The notes below the pieces were generated by a model. The model searched no databases, was not told where the DNA came from, and saw nothing but the letters and a program-made list of their open reading frames with translations. A stretch of 64,000 nt of DNA from Thermodesulfobacteriota bacterium. GTDB lineage: Bacteria; Desulfobacterota; Binatia; Bin18. The stretch covers positions 352,001 to 416,000 of the forward strand of contig OZ219926.1 of the NCBI GenBank assembly GCA_964291405.2, in the 5' to 3' direction. Position numbers and translations under genes: made by a program. Shown here one piece after another: positions 57,933-64,000 of the stretch (position 1 is its first letter; each line of letters opens with the position of its first letter).

Positions 57933-58370
57933 ATGCAGCCGCAGCCAAAATCCTTTGACGACGTAGAGATCGGCGACGAGATCGGACCGGTCTGGAAAAC
58001 CCCGACAAAAGAGACGGTGCTCCGCTATGCGGATGCGGTCCAGATCACCGGCCTTAAATTCTTCTTTCACCAGAAGGACGCCGAGCAGGCCGGGCTGACC
58101 AAGCCGATTATTCCCGGTCCTTTGAGCACCACGTATCTCTGTCAAATGCTCAAGGACTTTTTTGTGGGCTGGCGGCTGCGCAGCCTGAGCACCACGTTTC
58201 GCACGCCCGTGCGCCACGGCGACACGATTGCGCTGTGGGGCATGATTACCGAGAAAAACGAGGAAGACGGCGTGCCAACCGTGTACTGCGACTTGGTCGT
58301 TGAGAACGAGCACGGCGAACGTACCATTACCGGCACGGCCGTACTGGTTCCGTACACTCCGCAGCAATAG
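57933..58370 (+). CDS. MaoC-like hot-dog fold dehydratase
   Basis: FDDVEIGDE, PIIPGPL and FRTPVRHGD motifs. Confidence 0.75.
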   Translation: MQPQPKSFDDVEIGDEIGPVWKTPTKETVLRYADAVQITGLKFFFHQKDAEQAGLTKPIIPGPLSTTYLCQMLKDFFVGWRLRSLSTTFRTPVRHGDTIALWGMITEKNEEDGVPTVYCDLVVENEHGERTITGTAVLVPYTPQQ

Positions 58371-58392
58371 AGCCGGTTTTCCTCGCAATCTA

Positions 58393-59460
58393 CTATTTCA
58401 TCCTGCGAATCACGGCCCGGGCAAAGGCGTCGATGGTCGTACGGGCGTCCGTCACTGGCTGGATCGCGACCTGTTTGATGCCGGCTTTCTTCATGGCCTT
58501 GACCGATTCCAACACTTCTTCCTTGGTGCCGGTCAGCGTGGTGGCCCGAATCATCTTCTCCGTGACCAGCGGCTCGTGCTCCTTCTTAAAGCCTTGCAGA
58601 TAATCGGCGTAGAGCTTGAGGTGACGAGTTTCGATTGAACCCTCGGGGGCGCGATAGGCATTCTTGAAAGCCATCAGGTCGTCCCGCACATCAGCCGGCA
58701 GGTCCTTCGGGTTGGGACAGGAAAAGGCAAAGATATTGCTGGAGGACGAGACAAACGGACCGACGGCGCTACGGACTTTCGAGGTTTCGAGCGACTCGCC
58801 CTTATTGGTGAGATGGAAGGCGGTCATGCACAGGGTGTAAATCCGCTTCGGGTTGCGCCCGGCCCGCTCGGCTCCGGTCCGGATGTGATTCATTACGAAC
58901 TCAATCAGGCTGGGGCTGACGGCGCCAAACAGAATAATGCCGTCGGCGATTTCGCCCGCCAGCTCCAAGGTCTTGGGACCGCTCGCCGCCACATAAATCG
59001 GCACTTTTTTCCTGATGTTGATCCAGCCGCCCTTGGGGTTGAGGAACTTCACCATGCGGCGACGGTGGCCCTCCTGGTAGGGCGTGGTCTTGCCCGCCAA
59101 CAGGTCGCGGCAGGTCTCGACGTGCTCGCGCATGTCTATCAGCCGGGCCGCCGGCATGCCCAGGGTCCGCCGGGCCGTATTCCCCGTTCCAATCCCGAGG
59201 ATGGTCCGGCCGGGCGCCAGTTCGTTGATGGACGCAATCGCGCCGGCCGTGACCGGGGCGATGCGCGAGGCCGGATTGGTCACTCCAGGTCCCAGCTTGA
59301 TCTTTTTGGTGTTCACCGCGCACAGGGCCAGGGAGGCATAGACATCGCTGAACAACATCTGGGAATCATACAGCCAGGCGTGCGTATAGCCGCGCTTTTC
59401 CGCCAGCATGACGTCTTTATAGACATGCACTCCGCCAGGAAACACATAACCATAGTCCAT
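58393..59460 (-). CDS. LLM class oxidoreductase (Mer-like)
   Basis: GPGVTNP, GRTILGIGTG and AGEIADG motifs. Confidence 0.88.
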   Translation of the reverse strand: MDYGYVFPGGVHVYKDVMLAEKRGYTHAWLYDSQMLFSDVYASLALCAVNTKKIKLGPGVTNPASRIAPVTAGAIASINELAPGRTILGIGTGNTARRTLGMPAARLIDMREHVETCRDLLAGKTTPYQEGHRRRMVKFLNPKGGWINIRKKVPIYVAASGPKTLELAGEIADGIILFGAVSPSLIEFVMNHIRTGAERAGRNPKRIYTLCMTAFHLTNKGESLETSKVRSAVGPFVSSSSNIFAFSCPNPKDLPADVRDDLMAFKNAYRAPEGSIETRHLKLYADYLQGFKKEHEPLVTEKMIRATTLTGTKEEVLESVKAMKKAGIKQVAIQPVTDARTTIDAFARAVIRRMK

Positions 59461-59493
59461 TCTTCACTCCTCCAGTACGACGTTCGCTTTCGA

Positions 59494-60867
59494 TTACAGT
59501 CCTTGGGTCACATTGCGCAGATCGGATGCGGCTTCAAGCGCCCGGACCGCCTCGCACACCTGGTTGGCGCGTGCGTCCGTCCAGACCGCGGTCGCGAGAT
59601 CGGTGTATTTCGCCGTCAGCTCATCCCACGACAACGGGTTTTCCGGGTCGCCTTTTGGGAAACGCACCTGAGCGGAGACTTCCTGCCCGGTATCCAGAGC
59701 GACGCGCGCCCAGGCCGGCCATTCCTTGGGATAGTTTTTTTCCAGTTCCGGGTCACGCTCGTACCCGACCTTGGCCATGAGAGCGCCGACTGCGGCATCC
59801 TCCAGCATGGCGTCGGAGAACTCATCCAGCCCGGCTCGCCGCTTGACCAACGCCACCGCAACACCAAAGGGCAGACTGAACTGGGCCTCAACCACATTCG
59901 TGGGACGATACTTGCGCTCGGCCGGCTCGCAGATGACCGGGATGCCGGTTTCGAGCATGCCGATGGTAACCCGCTCGACCTGCTCGGGTTGCAGGTCGTG
60001 TTCCTGCACGATGCTGAGCACCGCGTCGATCGGGGCCTGTGTGTAACGGCAGCAGGCGTGCGGTTTGACCGCGGTTTGCAGAATCTGAAAATCCTCGCCC
60101 AACCCCTGGCTGATTTTGCTTGGCTCGGGCCGCACCCCATACGCCTTGAGAAAGCCGTCCCGCCCTTCGAGGATCGTCTGTGGGCCAATGAATCCTTCCT
60201 TGGCTAACAGAGCGGCGTGGATACCACTGAACGCGGCCCAGCCCGGATGGAAGCGCTTTGTCCAGGCCCCCTCGGCCAGGAACTCCATCGACCCGGCAGA
60301 TTGACTGCCGGCAATACCGAGGGCGGACAGTAGTTGGGCCTCACTCAAGCCCAGCAACTTGGCCGCGCTGGCCGTAGCGCCAAAGGTGCCACAGGTCGCC
60401 GTGGGATGAAACCCGCGACCGTAGTGCTCGGTCGGTTTGAGGGCCATAGCCAGCCGGGACGCGACCTCAAAGCCGACCACGCTGGCGGTGAGAAAATCCT
60501 TGCCGCTCGCGCCCACTTGCTCTGCCACGGCGAGCGCCGCGGAAAAGACCGACACGCCCAGATGAATCGACCCGGCCTGATGGGTGTCGTCCAGTTCCAG
60601 GCTGTGGGCGGAGGTGCCGTTGGCCAGGGCTGCATACGGGAAGTTCGCCTTCTCCGTCCGGCCCAGGACCGTTCCCTGCCCGGCCGAGGCCAGGCTATCT
60701 GCCAGACGGTAGAGCGGCTGACTCGAATCGGACAGCGAACCGCGTACCGCAACGCCCAGATAGTCGAGAAAGAAGTATTTGGCCCGATCGACCACCTCGG
60801 CCGGCAGGCTGTCATATTCGAGCCGGGTACAGAATGCGGCCAGATGTTGAGTCAGCGGAATTTCCAT
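59494..60867 (-). CDS. MmgE/PrpD family protein
   Basis: HSLELDDTH, GFHPT, KPHACC, AQFS and KGDPENP motifs. Confidence 0.9.
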   Translation of the reverse strand: MEIPLTQHLAAFCTRLEYDSLPAEVVDRAKYFFLDYLGVAVRGSLSDSSQPLYRLADSLASAGQGTVLGRTEKANFPYAALANGTSAHSLELDDTHQAGSIHLGVSVFSAALAVAEQVGASGKDFLTASVVGFEVASRLAMALKPTEHYGRGFHPTATCGTFGATASAAKLLGLSEAQLLSALGIAGSQSAGSMEFLAEGAWTKRFHPGWAAFSGIHAALLAKEGFIGPQTILEGRDGFLKAYGVRPEPSKISQGLGEDFQILQTAVKPHACCRYTQAPIDAVLSIVQEHDLQPEQVERVTIGMLETGIPVICEPAERKYRPTNVVEAQFSLPFGVAVALVKRRAGLDEFSDAMLEDAAVGALMAKVGYERDPELEKNYPKEWPAWARVALDTGQEVSAQVRFPKGDPENPLSWDELTAKYTDLATAVWTDARANQVCEAVRALEAASDLRNVTQGL

Positions 60868-60927
60868 ATACCGCCCTCCCCCTCTCCCCCTAGGGTCGGG
60901 GCGAGGGTCACTGAAAAAGAAACGCCC

Positions 60928-61941
60928 TTACAACTTCGGAATCACTTTTTCGCCAAAGGTGCGTATCGCTTGCAACGTATTCTCGTGCGACGGACCGCCC
61001 GGCTGTCGAAAGCGCATGATCAAATAATCCGGCTGAATTGCCTCTTTCCACATCTGGAGTTGCTCCAGGCAGTCTTCGGGCGAGCCTACAATCAGCCGCT
61101 CCTTGGCGGCTATGCCAAAGCTCAGCTCCTCGGGCGTCTTGACATCCTTGATGTGTTCATCCTGGACATAGGCGTCATACTGAAAGTAGAAGCGGTGGGT
61201 ATACATGGTCGGCCCACTCGCGGCTTCGGCGTCGGCCATGCTGTCGGCCAGCACGGCATCGCGCATCAGGCAGATATACGGCTTCCGGCCCGCCTTTTCC
61301 GCAGCTGCCCGGTAGCGGGTGGCATAGTCCTTAATGACCCCGAGGCTCTGCACCGGGTCGGCGATCCAGCCGTCCGCCAGCCGACCCGCCCGGCGCAGCC
61401 CGACCGGCGTCCACGATGCCATCCAGATCGGCGGACCGGATTGTTGGCTCGGACCGGGCGTAATCAGGGTGTCCTGATAGTGAAAATGCTTACCCTCAAA
61501 AGAGAAGCGCTCCCCGGTCCAGCTCTTGCGGATAATATCGATGGCTTCTTCGGTCCGGGTGGCCCGCTCGGTGATCGGAATCTCGAACGCGTCGAAATCG
61601 TGCTGCTGATACCCCACGCCGAGACTCAAAACGAGACGCCCCTTGGTCGCCTGGTCAATCACGGCGCAGTCTTCCGCAACATGAACGGGATGGTGGAGCG
61701 GCATCAACAGCACGCACGTGCCGACCTTGATGCGTTCGGTCTTCATCCCAACCAGGCCGGCCAGCAGCAACGGGTTGGGCAGATAGCCGTCCTCCTGCTG
61801 GTGGTGCTCGGTCAGAAAGCAGCCGTCCCAGCCACTGGCCTCCGCGGCCTGGGCTTCGGCAATAATTTCATCAATCACCCGTCCCATATTCGTCCCGGAC
61901 GGGGGGTCTTGAGTGCAGGGAAGATAGCCAACTGGCAGCAT
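60928..61941 (-). CDS. LLM class oxidoreductase (LuxA-like)
   Basis: TEHH, HPVHVAED and LGVGY motifs. Confidence 0.88.
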   Translation of the reverse strand: MLPVGYLPCTQDPPSGTNMGRVIDEIIAEAQAAEASGWDGCFLTEHHQQEDGYLPNPLLLAGLVGMKTERIKVGTCVLLMPLHHPVHVAEDCAVIDQATKGRLVLSLGVGYQQHDFDAFEIPITERATRTEEAIDIIRKSWTGERFSFEGKHFHYQDTLITPGPSQQSGPPIWMASWTPVGLRRAGRLADGWIADPVQSLGVIKDYATRYRAAAEKAGRKPYICLMRDAVLADSMADAEAASGPTMYTHRFYFQYDAYVQDEHIKDVKTPEELSFGIAAKERLIVGSPEDCLEQLQMWKEAIQPDYLIMRFRQPGGPSHENTLQAIRTFGEKVIPKL

Positions 61942-62021
61942 ACGCGTTCTCCTTTTGGGTTCGTAGTAGGGACTGCCTAGGAAAACAAAAACTCCCGCGC
62001 TTGTCTATCGCCGGGGCGCGG

Positions 62022-62050
62022 GGCCGGAGGTAGTGTAACTACTTCCGGCC
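62022..62050. other. Strong hairpin near the boundary of the AT-richer region
   Basis: GGCCGGAGGTAGT-gta-ACTACTTCCGGCC. Confidence 0.5.
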
Positions 62051-62252
62051 ACTACCCGCAGCAGGAAGCGCCGGTCTATGTCGCCACGGTCATCAACCGA
62101 TTTTTGCAGAAGCAGTTTTGAGGGAGGGGAGCAGATCGTCAGTTTGGAGATTTTATATGTCGCAAGGGTATAACACCGATTCGAGAGTTACGATCTGATC
62201 TACTCACTCTGATCTTCCATGATATTCGGAGCTACAGTCTTTCTAGCTCTCT

Positions 62253-63464
62253 TTAGCCCACGGCGATCAAATTCAGCTTCGGCGATCCCTGGTCTCCCAG
62301 CCTGAATTTTGTTGCTTCACCTAGAAATGTTGACAAGATATCTTCGGTCGGATGACGTACATCGTCCTTGCTTCTAGCTTCTCTGAACAGGTTGCGGGTC
62401 AGGCGATCAATCAGTTCCTGGGGGATCTCTGTTCCTTTTTCTTCCTTCCACTCTAGAGCCATCTCTACTACCCAACTCGCACGGTCGATATCTACATCAA
62501 GCTGCTTAAGCCGCAACTCTTCATCAATGTGACGTTGCGACCAGCTATCAAGCCAGCGGATGTAAAAAATTGCCATCCCGACAAGGGCAACTAGACTTAT
62601 TGGAAGGCGGGCACGATCATACCAGTCCGCTGTTGAAGACAGACTACCCTCGATCGCCCCAACCGCAGAGAAAATTAGAGCGATAAAAATTGCTATAAAG
62701 ACAGCGTGAATTGGGACGCGTTTTTTTACGGTTGAGTCCGAAAGAGAATAATCTGTGGTCCGCTCAGCTATCAGTTTTTTAAAATCTTCTCTCAATGTCC
62801 TCCGAGCTTGTTGGTTATCTTTTTCGTCAAAGATCTTTTGTTTTTCAATTATCTCCTGTTCACGTTGATGCAACGATTTTTCTTTCTTCTCGTATTTCGC
62901 CTCAAGTTCCTGAAATACTTTCTCTTCTAATTGCTGTTGCAAATTATCCGTCTTCGCATCTAGCTCTCTCCGATATGCCTTTGACTCTATAAGCTTCTGT
63001 GAAACCCCTTCTAGTCTGAGTAGCGCCTCTTCCCGCTTAGCATAGAACTCTGTGAGTTCAGGACCCAGAAGGGTATCTAACTCCGGCGTCCGTACGAAAG
63101 GTCGAAGGTGCTTTTGAGTGACGCCTAATAATCGGGCGACTTGGCCTTGGTCCGAGTTATCATTGAAACTAACCCTGGCCTGATCGAAACCATTGCTTCT
63201 CTCAACGTTTACTAACGCACCAAGAAATTGTCCTATTTCAAGGCTCACTCTCCATATGAGACTTCCATTCCAATCCCTCAGCTGCTTTATGAGAGGGTCG
63301 TTATCTATCTCATCAATTGAGATTTTGCTTCTAGCATTCCCATTGGCAAGATCAATAATTAATCTCCCTGAAGGTGAAATGTCTAACTCGGTATGAATCT
63401 TTAATAACGACTCAATGAGTTCTCGGTCGGGCACCTTGAAAATTTGAAAGTTCGTGTCGGGCAC
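62253..63464 (-). CDS. Hypothetical coiled-coil protein with two TM helices (AT-richer, likely horizontally acquired); possible C-terminal frameshift
   Basis: Long E/K/Q-rich helix, two hydrophobic segments and a DIDRASWVVE segment. Confidence 0.7.
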   Translation of the reverse strand: MPDTNFQIFKVPDRELIESLLKIHTELDISPSGRLIIDLANGNARSKISIDEIDNDPLIKQLRDWNGSLIWRVSLEIGQFLGALVNVERSNGFDQARVSFNDNSDQGQVARLLGVTQKHLRPFVRTPELDTLLGPELTEFYAKREEALLRLEGVSQKLIESKAYRRELDAKTDNLQQQLEEKVFQELEAKYEKKEKSLHQREQEIIEKQKIFDEKDNQQARRTLREDFKKLIAERTTDYSLSDSTVKKRVPIHAVFIAIFIALIFSAVGAIEGSLSSTADWYDRARLPISLVALVGMAIFYIRWLDSWSQRHIDEELRLKQLDVDIDRASWVVEMALEWKEEKGTEIPQELIDRLTRNLFREARSKDDVRHPTEDILSTFLGEATKFRLGDQGSPKLNLIAVG

Positions 63465-63713
63465 GATTTACCCCATACAGTTAATCCTAACCCACTATGT
63501 AACGGCTCTGGTTGACATGCAAAAGGGGGAACAAGATGCAGTGAACTCTTGGATGGACGCCCCTGAGCTAAACTCACGAGGACGGATACTTACTGTGGAC
63601 GAAATAAGGTCATTCGTACATCTGTAAAAATGTGAAGGAGCCCAGTATGAAACCTGAGTTTTGTTGCCTCACCTAGGTTAGCGAAGCGTAACCTGACATC
63701 TTGCAATAATCCG

Positions 63714-64000
63714 TCACTCGCCCTGCGTCAGATTCAGTTCCAGCAGTTCGCGCAACGCTTCATCGTCAGAAATATCCGTGTCCCAGCCGTAAACCGCCGC
63801 CACAGCGGCATCGAGACTTGCATGTGCGTCGGCCAGCCATTGCGGACGGGTATTATACAGGTTGGTCAGGGTGCGTTTCTTGAGTTCTTTCGCTGCGTCC
63901 TCGCTACGGGGCATCGGGCGCTTGGGATAGCCGGGGACCGGCTCGTCTACCCACTCCACCCATTCGGGCGGGTTGAGCCAGCGGTCGCGCAGTTCGACCA
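63714..64000 (-). CDS. C-terminus of an MmeI-like/type IIG DNA methyltransferase (truncated by the window edge)
   Basis: RDRWLNPPEW...KKRTLTNLYN.RPQWL..AH..LDAAVAA.YGW. Confidence 0.8.
   Translation of the reverse strand, partial: VELRDRWLNPPEWVEWVDEPVPGYPKRPMPRSEDAAKELKKRTLTNLYNTRPQWLADAHASLDAAVAAVYGWDTDISDDEALRELLELNLTQGE

Noticed and set aside
57027-61980. Long ORFs 57027..58388(-), 58813..60207(+) and 60334..61980(+)
   Set aside because: They are antisense shadows of well-supported genes in GC-rich DNA and carry no motifs.
1-64000. Additional UGA read-through selenoproteins
   Set aside because: The other TGA-ending genes I checked (rng, csp, 8350 ORF, CDF-like, hslR, copA, M20) end at natural domain boundaries; only 10117 interrupts a domain at a catalytic Cys position.

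Overview
GC-rich bacterial chromosomal window with no rRNA, tRNA, CRISPR array or transposase that I can recognise. The gene content (4 luciferase-like monooxygenases, amidohydrolases, SMP-30s, CoA enzymes) suggests a Binatia/Tectomicrobia/deltaproteobacterial-type organism; this is inference only. From left to right: the 3' part of RNase G/E; a copper module (DUF2946/CruR-like leader ORF, OprC-like TonB receptor lacking the canonical Cys, and a divergent Tat-exported Csp); xth; a sterol-desaturase/rhodanese fusion whose catalytic residue is an in-frame UGA followed by a SECIS-like hairpin (a hidden selenoprotein that the ORF track truncates); three tandem toxin-antitoxin pairs; metY-metX-metW divergent from dsrE plus a TusA::core-MetE fusion. 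Next is an 11.6-kb zinc-scavenging locus: a 1051-aa His/Asp/Glu-repeat protein with an AztD-like propeller nested in a second propeller, Fur/Zur, a COG0523 GTPase, a His-loop outer-membrane barrel, ZnuA, a MerC::ZnuC fusion, ZnuB, a CDF-like protein and a ZIP, sharing a TTACAA-N5-(T/A)TGCAA operator. Then efp (PGN-type loop), ltaE, hslR, eutBC, copA with a nonsense-interrupted MerR regulator, duplicated M20 amidohydrolases, ilvD, a secreted 4x OB-fold repeat protein and a CoA/LLM/PrpD catabolic cluster. The right edge holds an AT-richer island with an MmeI-like DNA methyltransferase end and a coiled-coil 2-TM protein. All family calls come from motif recognition by eye; no database searches were run.
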